From NCBI GenBank assembly GCA_963793265.1, contig CAWBZI010000001.1, forward strand, positions 416,001 through 480,000: a stretch of DNA of 64,000 nt, written 5' to 3'. Below the pieces are notes generated by a model that saw only the letters and a program-made list of their open reading frames with translations, was not told the DNA's origin and ran no database searches. A program made the translations under genes and the position numbers. The stretch's first letter is position 1; each line of letters begins with the position of its first letter. This DNA comes from an uncultured cyanobacterium. Lineage in GTDB: Bacteria; Cyanobacteriota; Cyanobacteriia; Phormidesmidales; Phormidesmidaceae. Positions 21,418 through 31,516 of the stretch are shown here, piece by piece.

Positions 21418-22230
21418 TTGCTGTTAATGCATAGAGCTTTTGCCAAAGTACTTGTCGATTTAGGACGGCTATTGAAACGGCTGTGGTCGAATTGGAATGG
21501 AGCGCTTATGTTTTACACGTGTTTACCTGTGCCCCAAAGCTGGCCGCTGGAGTTTCGTTGGATTGCGCGATGGGTGCCCTGGATAGGCATTGCGGTGGGC
21601 GGCTTGTTAGCAGCAGTTGACGTTGGACTAGCGACGTTGCAAATGCCAATTTTGGTCAGGAGTGCTGTGGTGGTGGCCTCAGGTATTGCACTCACAGGGG
21701 GGCTTCATCTTGATGGGGTAATGGATGTAGCTGATGGGCTCGCTGTACCGGATGCGAGTCGGCGCTTAGCGGTGATGGCCGACAGTCGGATGGGCGCTTT
21801 TGGCGGAATGGCAGCGGTGATCTTGGTGCTGCTAAAGGTAGTGGCTTTGGGCGCTTTAGTGGAGAATCGTTGTTTCATTTTGGTAGCGACTGCCGCGTGG
21901 GGTCGCTGGGCTCAGCAGTGGGCGATCGCTCGCTATCCCTATCTCAAAAAAGAAGGCAAAGGTGCTTTTCATAAAACAGCGCTGCCCTCTATCAGATATG
22001 CGCTGCCCAGCTTAGCCGGACTCCTCACAATAAGCTTTGGCCTTGGGCTAGCGGGTTTATTGCCTTGGGCTTTGGTGCTACGCACGGCGGCAAGTGGGGC
22101 AGTACTGTCTCTACTCACAAGCGCCTACTTTTACCGTCAGCTCGGCGGACATACCGGAGACACGTATGGAGCGGTCGTGGAATGGACTGAGGCGCTATCG
22201 CTTTGTAGCCTGACATTAGGAGTGCATTGA
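21418..22230 (+). CDS. cobS: Adenosylcobinamide-GDP ribazoletransferase (cobalamin synthase); start uncertain
   Basis: [43 protein letters not shown]. Confidence 0.93.
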   Translation: MLLMHRAFAKVLVDLGRLLKRLWSNWNGALMFYTCLPVPQSWPLEFRWIARWVPWIGIAVGGLLAAVDVGLATLQMPILVRSAVVVASGIALTGGLHLDGVMDVADGLAVPDASRRLAVMADSRMGAFGGMAAVILVLLKVVALGALVENRCFILVATAAWGRWAQQWAIARYPYLKKEGKGAFHKTALPSIRYALPSLAGLLTISFGLGLAGLLPWALVLRTAASGAVLSLLTSAYFYRQLGGHTGDTYGAVVEWTEALSLCSLTLGVH

Positions 22231-22262
22231 CACTCCCACGGCTAAAGCGCGTGGGATTCTTC
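22227..22262 (-). mobile_element. Solo IS200/IS605-family right-end hairpin
   Basis: Minus strand GAAGAATCCCACGCGCTTTAGCCGTGGGAGTGTCAA: subterminal hairpin followed by a TCAA terminus, as in IS605/IS1341 right ends. Confidence 0.7.
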
Positions 22263-22342
22263 TTTCTACGATACGGTTCTATAATGCGGTCTTAGCTATT
22301 TCCTCTAAAGCTGTTTTTATTAAAGAGCGTTTTTGTAAAGCC

Positions 22343-22942
22343 ATGAGTGAGTCTTCTCAAGTTCGCGCGGTTGCTGGTCGCGCTTTGCCCTTAGTCGGCA
22401 ACGATATCGATACCGATCGGATTATCCCAGCACGGTTTCTAAGAGCTGTGACGTTTGATGGCTTGGGCGAGCAGGTTTTTGCAGACGATCGCCAGCAGCT
22501 TGCAGATCATCCGTTTAATCAGCCTCAGTACCAGTCTGCAAAGGTGCTGCTGGTGAATCGTAATTTTGGCTGCGGCTCTTCTCGTGAGCACGCACCTCAG
22601 GCGATCGCTCGCTGGGGCATAAACGCACTAATTGGCGAAAGCTTTGCCGAAATCTTCTTTGGCAACTGTGTAGCAATGGGCGTGCCCTGTCTGACGGCTA
22701 CTGCGGAGAGCGTAACTGCCCTACAAAACGCGGTCACAGCAGATCCAACCCTTGAGGTGGCGATAGATTTAGTCGAAATGACAGCGACGGCAGGTGATTT
22801 ATCGGTGCCGCTGACGATGGGCGCTGGGCCCAGGCAAATGTTTTTGAACGGCACCTGGGATGCGTGCGGGCAGCTTGTGGCTCAAGAGGAGGCGATCGCC
22901 AAAACAGCTAGTCAGCTTCCCTACGTCAACTGGGCAGCGTAG
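22343..22942 (+). CDS. leuD: 3-isopropylmalate dehydratase small subunit
   Basis: [39 protein letters not shown]. Confidence 0.96.
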   Translation: MSESSQVRAVAGRALPLVGNDIDTDRIIPARFLRAVTFDGLGEQVFADDRQQLADHPFNQPQYQSAKVLLVNRNFGCGSSREHAPQAIARWGINALIGESFAEIFFGNCVAMGVPCLTATAESVTALQNAVTADPTLEVAIDLVEMTATAGDLSVPLTMGAGPRQMFLNGTWDACGQLVAQEEAIAKTASQLPYVNWAA

Positions 22943-22949
22943 ACGAGCT

Positions 22950-23420
22950 TTAGCGCCACTGCGAATAAGGATATTTCACGAGGCTAGCGTTGTAATACTT
23001 TGCCTGGCCTGAGACTTCTTCGCCTAGCCAATCTGGCCGTTCAAACGCCTGATGCTCTGAGGTCAGCTCTACTTCAGCAACCGTTAGCCCGGCATTTTCA
23101 CCTGCAAATTCATCAATCTCCCATACGACTTCTCCTATGGGTAGGCGGTAGCGCGTTTTTTCAATTAGGGGGCGATCGCACAAAGTCTTAAGCATCTCGG
23201 CGGCATCACGCTGCGGAATTTCGTACTCGTACTCAGCGCGCGTTAGCCCCTCTACAGGGCCTTTGACAGTAAGGAATCCTCTATCACCTACGAGCCGTAC
23301 CCGCACGCTTTGTCCAACTTTGGCGGTTGCAATATAGCCCTGGCAGTAGCGCTGTCCGGCTGCCGACGCTTTCCAGCGATCGCTCACCACCAAAAATTTG
23401 CGTTCAATTTCTTTAGCCAT
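22950..23420 (-). CDS. CYTH domain protein
   Basis: EIERKFLV, R.EYEYEIP, IEKTRY, WEIDEF, AEVEL. Confidence 0.92.
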   Translation of the reverse strand: MAKEIERKFLVVSDRWKASAAGQRYCQGYIATAKVGQSVRVRLVGDRGFLTVKGPVEGLTRAEYEYEIPQRDAAEMLKTLCDRPLIEKTRYRLPIGEVVWEIDEFAGENAGLTVAEVELTSEHQAFERPDWLGEEVSGQAKYYNASLVKYPYSQWR

Positions 23421-23479
23421 CAGAAATTAGCTTACAAAAGCAAGCCTCCAAAAGCGGACTGAAAGCGAAACCGTAAACG

Positions 23480-24451
23480 CTACTTCAGCCGCCGCAACAC
23501 GTATGCTGAAATATCTTCGAGGGCCTGACGCGACTCAGACGCGGGAAGCTGGCTCAAGCAGGCTAAGGCTTGGTCACCATGATAGTTCGCCAGATCGCGA
23601 GCCCGGCTGATGCCCTTGCTCGAATTAACTAGCTCAATCGCCTGCTCAAAGTCTTCGGCTTGAGAAAACTCACGGTCGATCAGTGTTTTTAAGTAAGGAA
23701 CTTCCTCTAGGGCATACAGCACAGGAGCTGTCAAGTTTCCGCTTAATAAATCTGAGCCTGCGGGCTTGCCTAGCACTTCTGACGAGCCCGTAAAGTCTAG
23801 AATGTCATCGACGACCTGATAGGCCAGCCCCAGATTGCGCCCAAACTGATACAAATTCTCAGATAGGCTATCGGGCGCATCGCTCAGCACGCCGACGGCC
23901 TTAGCGCTATTAGCAATCAGCGTTGCCGTTTTGTAATAGCTTTTTTCCAAATAGGCTTCAATCGAGAGGGTCGTATCAAAGTGCTTTAGCCCTTGGCGAA
24001 TCTCGCCCTCAGCTAAGTCCATAATTACGCGTGAGAGCAGCTTGACAACCTCTAAGTTGTCTAAGTTAGCCAGGTACCAGGACGACTGAGCAAATAGAAA
24101 GTCACCGGCCAAAATGGCAACTCGGTTGTCAAATAGGCTGTGGACGGTCGGCACGCCTCTGCGCGTTGCTGATTCATCCACCACATCGTCGTGCACAAGG
24201 CTAGCGGTGTGAATCATTTCGGTGATTTCGGCCAGGCGACGGTGCCTTTGGGTGATGTCGCCATCAGGGGCAATCGCTCTGGCGAGCAAAAGCACAATGG
24301 CCGGTCGAATACGCTTGCCGCCCGCCCCAAAAAGATGCTCCGCTGCTGCGTAGAGGATCTTATGGCGAGCGCCAACGAGGTTCTTCAGATTGTCTGTCAG
24401 GAGCGCTAAATCGGCTTCGACGGGTGAAAAAAGAGAAGTGGCTGAGGTCAT
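23480..24451 (-). CDS. sds: Solanesyl diphosphate synthase
   Basis: GGKRIRP, HTASLVHDDVVD..RRG, YYKTA, QVVDDILD; cyanobacterial MTSATSLFSPVEADL start. Confidence 0.95.
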   Translation of the reverse strand: MTSATSLFSPVEADLALLTDNLKNLVGARHKILYAAAEHLFGAGGKRIRPAIVLLLARAIAPDGDITQRHRRLAEITEMIHTASLVHDDVVDESATRRGVPTVHSLFDNRVAILAGDFLFAQSSWYLANLDNLEVVKLLSRVIMDLAEGEIRQGLKHFDTTLSIEAYLEKSYYKTATLIANSAKAVGVLSDAPDSLSENLYQFGRNLGLAYQVVDDILDFTGSSEVLGKPAGSDLLSGNLTAPVLYALEEVPYLKTLIDREFSQAEDFEQAIELVNSSKGISRARDLANYHGDQALACLSQLPASESRQALEDISAYVLRRLK

Positions 24452-25190
24452 GGAATACGCGACTCAGGCGGATTAAGTTACGAAAGTTTAAGCTGTCTTT
24501 CTGTATTCTAAGCTATCGCGCTTGCAAAGGAACTCACCAACGAAATGAAAGCTGAATAGAGTCGCCTGTATGGCTATAGAACTCATCCTGAGAAAGTTTG
24601 CTTATCTTCTAACTGCGTAATACTTCTTAAAAGTCAAGAAGTTTTTTGTTACAAAGGCTCTAGCGCAATCTCCGCCCGGATTACAAGCCCAAAGAAAACT
24701 TCAATATTCGCGTCAGAAACCGACCTGATAACAAAAACTTATGATAGTATAGATATATCAAGAAACTTTTTGTTTTCAAAGCTGAAATCGTTACCTTTAG
24801 CACAAGCTGCGGTGATGGATCTGTTAGGATAAGCTCCCTAATGTCTCAGCTCTTTGGATAATTTCGTAGTCCCAGAGTACATTTCCTGAAGATGTATCTC
24901 CTGGCTCGTATTTTAGCTACGTCACTTATATATTCGGTTCGTGTGGATCTTCAGTTGTATCTGAAGGTTTTAGCGATTCGTCATTGAAATTTTCACTAAT
25001 GCGTTAGAACCCGCAAGGGGCACGCATTAGCGCCGCCGCAGTACAGCCTACTTCCAAAAAAGTGCTTCAGCCTACTTCATGCCTGGTTGCTGGCTTAGTT
25101 GGAGATTCTGTACAGCGATTCGGCTATGGTTTTTTGTTGCTTTTTTTCAGCTTAATTCGCTGAACTGATACTTTATTTTTGGTATTTGCC

Positions 25191-25304
25191 ATGTTCCAAT
25201 TGTCTGCTGCTGAGCCATTCGCTTTCTTATTACCTGCCTTGGGCTATTTGCTCACGGTGTATTTAGTCATGATGTGGATGAGCACTAGAACGTCTGATAT
25301 GTAA
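25191..25304 (+). CDS. Putative 37-aa single-pass membrane peptide
   Basis: MFQLSAAEPFAFLLPALGYLLTVYLVMMWMSTRTSDM*; hydrophobic core, followed by a strong hairpin. Confidence 0.5.
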   Translation: MFQLSAAEPFAFLLPALGYLLTVYLVMMWMSTRTSDM

Positions 25305-25350
25305 AAATGTCTGATATGTAATAGCGCTCACAATTTAACATTTGACCAAA

Positions 25351-25407
25351 CTCAGTGCGTTTTATTGGTGTCCTCATAAATAGAGCACACCAATAAAACG
25401 CACTGAG
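25351..25407. terminator. 21-bp perfect inverted repeat between the convergent small ORF and murI
   Basis: ctcagtgcgttttattggtgt (25351-25371) / acaccaataaaacgcactgag (25387-25407). Confidence 0.75.
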
Positions 25408-25430
25408 CAAAACGCATTGAGCTGTCTAGC

Positions 25431-26321
25431 TTATCTGTCGCTCGTACGAGAAGAAGCAGCATGGATAGACTCAAGTGCGGCTACGGATACTTGCTCAACG
25501 ACGGGCTGATAGCCAAGCCATTGCTCTGATACTTGCGAGAAGTGTGTCGGGTTGCCGCTGACGAAAAACTCTATATTTTGATCAACTTTCTGAGCCTTAG
25601 ATCGAACTTCAGGTATGTGTCTGCGCAACCTCAGAATCTCAAGCTCTTGTGCAGCAGCGGCTGTGAGATGTTTGGCTGGATCTACCAGTGTGATGCGCTT
25701 AGGCAGTATCTGTTTAAAAACAGGCGCTAGGTGGGGATAGTGCGTACAGCCATATACCAGCGTGTCTATTCCTGCTGCAATGAGAGGGTCTATATAGCGT
25801 TTGGCAACTGCGAGTGTGTAAGGGTCGTGGATGCGATCGCTCTCAATCAGCGGTACAAAATCCTGACAGCCTACCTGCCACACCTTCGCTGCCGCGTCAA
25901 TTTCTAATACAGCCTGTTGGTAAGCATTGCTATCGGCAGTTGCTTGCGTTGAAATCACACCAATTCTCTTACCGCTTTTTACGGCTGCTCTAGCACCGGG
26001 CAAAATAATGCCCAAAATAGGAATCGGAAACTCTGAGCGCACTTCTTCGAGTACTAGCGCCGAGCTGGTATTACAGGCCATCACGATCATCTTGACCTCT
26101 AAGCCCATCATCCAAGCGATAATCTCGCGGACAAACCGCAAAATTTCGCCCTTGGTGCGGTTGCCATAAGGGACACGGGCCGTATCCCCAAAGTATATGA
26201 CTGACTCGTTCGGGAGCTGAGTGCGCATCTCGTTGAGCACTGTAAGACCTCCAACGCCGCTGTCAAAAACTCCAATTTTGAAATTGGAGCGCAGCTTGCT
26301 GGACAGTGCTGGGATGCTCAT
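25431..26321 (-). CDS. murI: Glutamate racemase
   Basis: IGVFDSGVGGLTV, GDTARVPYG, MACNTSSA, YGCTHYP. Confidence 0.97.
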   Translation of the reverse strand: MSIPALSSKLRSNFKIGVFDSGVGGLTVLNEMRTQLPNESVIYFGDTARVPYGNRTKGEILRFVREIIAWMMGLEVKMIVMACNTSSALVLEEVRSEFPIPILGIILPGARAAVKSGKRIGVISTQATADSNAYQQAVLEIDAAAKVWQVGCQDFVPLIESDRIHDPYTLAVAKRYIDPLIAAGIDTLVYGCTHYPHLAPVFKQILPKRITLVDPAKHLTAAAAQELEILRLRRHIPEVRSKAQKVDQNIEFFVSGNPTHFSQVSEQWLGYQPVVEQVSVAALESIHAASSRTSDR

Positions 26322-26741
26322 AAGTATATATGCTCACTCAATGAAGCGATTAAATGTTGTATAGAGTTTAGTCGGATTTGGAAACATTGCTCATTTTATT
26401 TTTTCTTTTAAGTAAGAAAAACTGTGAGTTAAGCGTGTTTTCTGCGGTTTTCACTGAGGTTTAGCTGCGATCGCTGCCTTTTAGCCGCCGACGGGCGGCC
26501 TATTGACACACAAAATGACAACTCAGCCGCGCAGAAGGAGAAGCCTTTCTACAGAGCCATTGTTGCGGTTAGTTTTATCGCTACAAAGCTTTTGATGAAC
26601 GCCTACGAGCTAACAGCTAGCTGGCCGTTGAATCAAGAGTGTTTCCTTTCCCTACAGACTTATCCGTAATATTACGAATATTTCAGGGCAAAAAATAACA
26701 CTCTATCGACATGTTATTTACGAGGGGGTTTTGGGTACGCG

Positions 26742-28214
26742 TCAAGACTCTGCAGCCTCAGCAGTCGGCGTTGCAGCAACAGCAGCATCAGCGGTCTCTC
26801 CTAAAGGTATCCCTTCGGTAGTAGATGTCAGAGTATCGCCGGATGCATCATCGCTATCAAACACAAGCCGCAGTAAGGGCGGTGCAATAAATGTGGTCAC
26901 AATTACCATGACGATGATGGCCGCATCTAAAGACTCAGATAGTACGCCACTCGCAGCGCCTACACCTGCAAAGACCAGGCCCACTTCGCCTCGCGGAATC
27001 ATGCCAAAGCCCACAGCTAAGCGGTTAATGCCGGGCTGACCAAAAACTGCATATCCCGTAATTGTTTTACCGATGATGGCGACGACAACTAAGAATGAGG
27101 CAATAATAAGCCCTTCTCGGTTAGCAGGCACCATAGGATTGAGCACGCTGATATCTGTGCGGGCTCCAACCGTGACAAAGAAGACCGGCACTAGCATGTC
27201 GGCAATCGGTGTAATTTGCTCTTCTAATTCTCGGCGTTTTGAGGTTTCTGCCAAAATTAATCCAGCGGCAAAAGCACCCAGAATCGTCTCTAGCTGAATA
27301 GCAGCGGCGATATAAGAGAGCGCAAACGCAAAGATCAGCGAGGTGATAATGAGCTGGCCTCGGGTCTGAAGCTGATCGACTAGCGTCACGAATAGCGGAC
27401 TGAGCAAACGGCCAATAAAGATAGAGCCGACAAGAAAAGCGGCTGCGCCTAAGACTAAGTAGATGACGTTCGTAATTTCGATTTCGCCTGTTTTAGCCAG
27501 ACTCGCGACAACGGCTAGTACGATAATGCCGAGCACATCGTCAAGGACGGCAGCACCAATAATAATCTGGCCTTCTCTTGAGCTAAGCTGCTGCATCTCG
27601 GCGAGCACTTTAGCGGTAATACCAATACTCGTTGCGGTAAGGGCAGCGCCAGCAAAGACGGCTGGAATAGTCCCAATGTTGAAGAAGAAGATAAGACCAG
27701 CGGTGCCTGCGACAAAAGGCACCACAACACCAATAACGGCGACGACTGCTGCCTGCGGGCCTACGCGAATCAGCTCTTTAAGATCTGACTCTAGGCCAAT
27801 TTCAAATAGCAGAATAATGACGCCTAGCTCAGCGAGTACCGAGAGCGCTTCGCTTTCTCCACTGAATACCTTGAGCAGACTTTCAGGATCTAGATGAGCC
27901 GTCATCTGAATCAAGTTCATCAGGCCAGAGACGGGGACTTCTCCACCTTCTGGGAACACGATAAGATTGAGCGCTGAAACGCCGACGACAACACCGCCGA
28001 CTAGCTCTCCCAACACAGAGGGCAAATTAAGCCGGGCGCAAAGTTCGCCGCCAACTTTGGCGGCGATGAATACGGTGATAAGACTCAGAAGAATACTCGC
28101 AAGGACTAAAGAGCCTACTTCGGCTTCATCAATTTCAGCGATGAGAGGCGATAGTATAGGCCATCCTAAACTGGGCCATAGGGTGTGAGCCGTTTGAGCG
28201 ATCAGGCCGTCCAT
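26742..28214 (-). CDS. Na+/H+ antiporter, CPA2 family (NhaS3-like)
   Basis: LLFEIGLESDL, ATSIGITAKVL, AAVLDDVLG, GMIPRGEVGL; many TM segments. Confidence 0.92.
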   Translation of the reverse strand: MDGLIAQTAHTLWPSLGWPILSPLIAEIDEAEVGSLVLASILLSLITVFIAAKVGGELCARLNLPSVLGELVGGVVVGVSALNLIVFPEGGEVPVSGLMNLIQMTAHLDPESLLKVFSGESEALSVLAELGVIILLFEIGLESDLKELIRVGPQAAVVAVIGVVVPFVAGTAGLIFFFNIGTIPAVFAGAALTATSIGITAKVLAEMQQLSSREGQIIIGAAVLDDVLGIIVLAVVASLAKTGEIEITNVIYLVLGAAAFLVGSIFIGRLLSPLFVTLVDQLQTRGQLIITSLIFAFALSYIAAAIQLETILGAFAAGLILAETSKRRELEEQITPIADMLVPVFFVTVGARTDISVLNPMVPANREGLIIASFLVVVAIIGKTITGYAVFGQPGINRLAVGFGMIPRGEVGLVFAGVGAASGVLSESLDAAIIVMVIVTTFIAPPLLRLVFDSDDASGDTLTSTTEGIPLGETADAAVAATPTAEAAES

Positions 28215-28493
28215 TGAGTGACCTCCATTGAGTTACCTAGAGTGAGTAAGCCGCCATTTAGAGGATTGGCTGCTAGGGGCAAAGCAAGCTGTCCTGTATC
28301 AATCATGTTGTTGTCAGCAACGTGTTGGCTAATGGTCGTTGTCTAATGTACACGAGTGACTGGTCATAGAAGTGTTCATTTAGTCATAAGCCTTTACGCA
28401 AATTGACCTACGATAAAAGGTCGCTAAGTCTATCTAAAAGCGCTGTTCAAGGGCTGCTTTCGTATGCAGTCTTCTACTGTGGTGCCCGCAGGC

Positions 28494-29306
28494 TTATCCA
28501 AAAACGCGGTGTTTGAGTGAGGGCATTTGGCGGCGCACCTGCTCTAGGCGGGAAGGATTTATCTCTGCGATCGCCATCCCCACATTGTCCCCGGCATCAG
28601 CCAGGGTAATGCCCCAAGGATCAATAATCATGGCGTGCCCATGCGTCTGCCGCCTAGCGTTATGAAAACCCGTTTGCGCTGGGGCAATCATGTAGCACGT
28701 ATTCTCAATGGCTCTGGCCTGAAGCAACACTTGCCAGTGGTCTTTGCCCGTAAAGGCCGTAAAAGCGGCTGGAACGATCAAAACTTCAGCGCCGTCTTTG
28801 GAGAGCTGCCGGTAAAGCTCGGGGAAACGCACGTCATAGCAGACTGAGATACCTAAGTTACCTAGCCGCTCTGACTTGTGCACGTTAGGTAAAGTGGTGC
28901 CTGCGGTGACATCTTCAGATTCTTGATACCGATTGCCATCGGGCAGATTTACGTCGAATAGATGAACTTTGTCATACTGGCCGAGTTCTTCGCCGTTGGC
29001 GTTGACGAGTAGGGCTCGGTTGTAGGTACGACCGTCGGGCGAGGGCACTGGGTAGCCGCCGCCTAAAAGCGTAATGCGGTAGCGCTGGGCCATGGTTCTA
29101 ATAAACTTTTCGCTGGCCGCACAGATGTCCTTGGCTCGACTGAACTTTACTTTTTCGTCGCCTAAAAAGGAGAAGTTTTCAGGGAGCGTAATCAGCTCAG
29201 CACCACGACGGGTAGCCAGATCGATTAGCTCTTCGGCCTGGGCTAGATTTTCGTCTAGATCAGGAACGCTGGTCATCTGTAGAGCCGCCGCTAAGTAGGG
29301 CTTCAT
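28494..29306 (-). CDS. Carbon-nitrogen hydrolase (Nit1-like deaminated-glutathione amidase)
   Basis: LPENF, YDKVHLFD, VCYDVRFPE catalytic E-K-C triad; QARAIEN. Confidence 0.92.
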   Translation of the reverse strand: MKPYLAAALQMTSVPDLDENLAQAEELIDLATRRGAELITLPENFSFLGDEKVKFSRAKDICAASEKFIRTMAQRYRITLLGGGYPVPSPDGRTYNRALLVNANGEELGQYDKVHLFDVNLPDGNRYQESEDVTAGTTLPNVHKSERLGNLGISVCYDVRFPELYRQLSKDGAEVLIVPAAFTAFTGKDHWQVLLQARAIENTCYMIAPAQTGFHNARRQTHGHAMIIDPWGITLADAGDNVGMAIAEINPSRLEQVRRQMPSLKHRVFG

Positions 29307-29410
29307 AAGTCTCTAGATTGTGCACAGAACAGCTTTTAATTGTACGGGTTAACCGCCTAGTTCTGAATAACCTGGCGCATAATAAGAGCGTCGTATGGAG
29401 ATGGGTGCGT

Positions 29411-30556
29411 ATGATTACGCCAACGGCTCAGGAATTGGCTCAGGCTCAGCAGGCGATTGAGAGGCATTTGGAGGAGGTGCGATCGCACCCCGATCAGCGC
29501 CCCGGAGCCCATCCCTACTACTTGTTTCATCCACCGGGCGAGCCTGTTTATGGAACCGTGATGATGTTCCACGGCTTTAGCATGAGCCCGCATCAGATGT
29601 GGCGGCTGACTGACTATTTATTTCAAAATGGATTCAATGTTTATTCGCTTACCCTCGCTGGCCACGACCGGCTAAACCCAGCGCAGAACTGGCCGCAGAT
29701 AGATTTGAAGCCCGAATACGTTGGGCCGTTAATGGAAAAGGTTCGTCAAGATCCGGTGCTTAGAGCAGCACTTGTGCAGACCCAGGCAGCGGGTTCAGTC
29801 GCAGTAGGACAGCAAAAGGCGCTATTGCAGCGGTTGTTTCAGGTGGCACCCGAGATGAAGACGTTTGCAGCAGCGATCGCCCATCCCAAACATCGCGACT
29901 TCGATCGCTACTTTACCTCTACTCACGAAGCCTTTTTAAAAGATGCTCAGCAGCGCTTAATCGAGCTATCCGCTTTGCCAGGGCCAATCTACACCGTAGG
30001 GCTTTCTATGGGCGGCGCGGTGGCGCTGGGGCTAGCGAGTAATGCGGGTGGGCGCGTTGAGCGAACGGTGGCATACGCGCCGTTGCTAAAAATTGATGGC
30101 GAGGAGCGGCGACAGTTTGTTCAGCTTACCGGCCCTCTGGATTTAAATGAGACGGGCTGGGATCCAAATCTGCGGTTTCCGGTGGGCGCACTGACGGCGG
30201 CTGATTATTTTGGTGGCGAGGTGCGCTCGGCTGATAGCGTTGAGCGATTGAAAGATATACCAATATTTATGGTGCTTACAGAAAACGAAGATGCAACCGA
30301 GGTTAAAGCGGGAGAAGCATTCTTCGCGGATCTAGACTCGCATCCTAATCGCAACTGGCTGTACAAGTATCCATCAGCGGCAATGGTGCCTCACCCCATG
30401 ATTGACCCAACAGAAGTGAGTCAGGGCATGAGCAACTTGTTTTGGCAAAGCCTGTATCAAGAAACTCTGCGCTTTTTGACGCTAGAGAAAGTCAGCATTG
30501 AAAATTTAGAAACAATAGCGCAAGACCAAGCGCTGCCGCTGGTGCTATCTCTTTAG
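29411..30556 (+). CDS. Alpha/beta hydrolase (lysophospholipase-like)
   Basis: MFHGFS, GLSMGG nucleophile elbow. Confidence 0.82.
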   Translation: MITPTAQELAQAQQAIERHLEEVRSHPDQRPGAHPYYLFHPPGEPVYGTVMMFHGFSMSPHQMWRLTDYLFQNGFNVYSLTLAGHDRLNPAQNWPQIDLKPEYVGPLMEKVRQDPVLRAALVQTQAAGSVAVGQQKALLQRLFQVAPEMKTFAAAIAHPKHRDFDRYFTSTHEAFLKDAQQRLIELSALPGPIYTVGLSMGGAVALGLASNAGGRVERTVAYAPLLKIDGEERRQFVQLTGPLDLNETGWDPNLRFPVGALTAADYFGGEVRSADSVERLKDIPIFMVLTENEDATEVKAGEAFFADLDSHPNRNWLYKYPSAAMVPHPMIDPTEVSQGMSNLFWQSLYQETLRFLTLEKVSIENLETIAQDQALPLVLSL

Positions 30557-30705
30557 ACTCTCGCAGCTTTTTTTGCGCTGAACCCCTTGACAGGAGCGTC
30601 TATGAGTCGCGACAATGTGTATTCTTACAAAATAGTGCTCGGATCAGGTGCAAAAGCGTTAGCAGCAGCTAATCTACCTGTACGGCGCAAAGGAAAAAAG
30701 GAACT

Positions 30706-31107
30706 ATGGCTTACGCGATTATTGCGGCTGGGGGCACTCAGCTACGGGTAGAACCCGGTCGGTTTTACGACATCAACCGCCTGCCGGTAGAAGCAGACGA
30801 GCAAATCACGATTGACGACGTTTTGATGGTCGAAGATGGTGATGATGTTTCTATCGGACAGCCTTTGGTAGAAGGTGCTACCGTGAGCGGTACGATCATC
30901 AGCCACTTGCGCGGGAAGAAGGTGATCGTCTATAAGATGCAGCCCAAAAAGAAGACCCGTAAAAAGCGTGGTCACCGTCAGGAGCTAACGCGGGTGATGA
31001 TTGACTCTATTACCGTGGGTGGTAAGACGATTACGGCGGATGCAGCAGCGGCAGCTAAAGATAAAGAGTCTGAAGACAAAGCGCCTGTTGCGGCAGCGGC
31101 TGAATAG
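30706..31107 (+). CDS. rplU: 50S ribosomal protein L21
   Basis: MAYAII..GG.Q.RV, KKKTRKKRGHRQELTR. Confidence 0.98.
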   Translation: MAYAIIAAGGTQLRVEPGRFYDINRLPVEADEQITIDDVLMVEDGDDVSIGQPLVEGATVSGTIISHLRGKKVIVYKMQPKKKTRKKRGHRQELTRVMIDSITVGGKTITADAAAAAKDKESEDKAPVAAAAE

Positions 31108-31165
31108 ATTTAGCTAGATTAGGTTTGGCTAAGCAAAAAGTATTTTTTAGGAGTAATCTCAAGTC

Positions 31166-31426
31166 ATGGCACATAAGAAGGGTACAGGTAGTACAAGAAA
31201 CGGTCGCGACTCTAATGCTCAGCGGTTGGGCGTGAAGAAGTATGGCGGCGAGCAGGTGATTGCAGGTAACATTTTGATTCGTCAGCGCGGCACAAAGTAC
31301 CATGTTGGCAACAACGTGGGCATCGGCAGCGACGACACGCTGTTTTCTTTGATTGATGGCGTGGTTAAGTTTGAGCGCAAAGGCAAGAACCGTAAGAAAG
31401 TCAGCGTTTATCCAGCTTCTGCGTAA
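31166..31426 (+). CDS. rpmA: 50S ribosomal protein L27
   Basis: [24 protein letters not shown]. Confidence 0.99.
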   Translation: MAHKKGTGSTRNGRDSNAQRLGVKKYGGEQVIAGNILIRQRGTKYHVGNNVGIGSDDTLFSLIDGVVKFERKGKNRKKVSVYPASA

Positions 31427-31469
31427 CGCTGCTTCGTTGAGAGTCACTCGGCTAATTAATCGATCGATT

Positions 31470-31503
31470 AAAGCTCGCTATCTTGCAAAAGGTGGCGAGC
31501 TTT
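31470..31503. terminator. Intrinsic (probably bidirectional) terminator after rpmA
   Basis: aaagctcgctatctt-gcaa-aaggtggcgagcttt hairpin. Confidence 0.8.
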
Positions 31504-31516
31504 GTATTTAGGAAAA

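Noticed and set aside
25292..25321. 13-bp direct repeat gtctgatatgtaa as a target-site duplication
   Set aside because: The copies are only 4 nt apart with no element between them; a simple local duplication.
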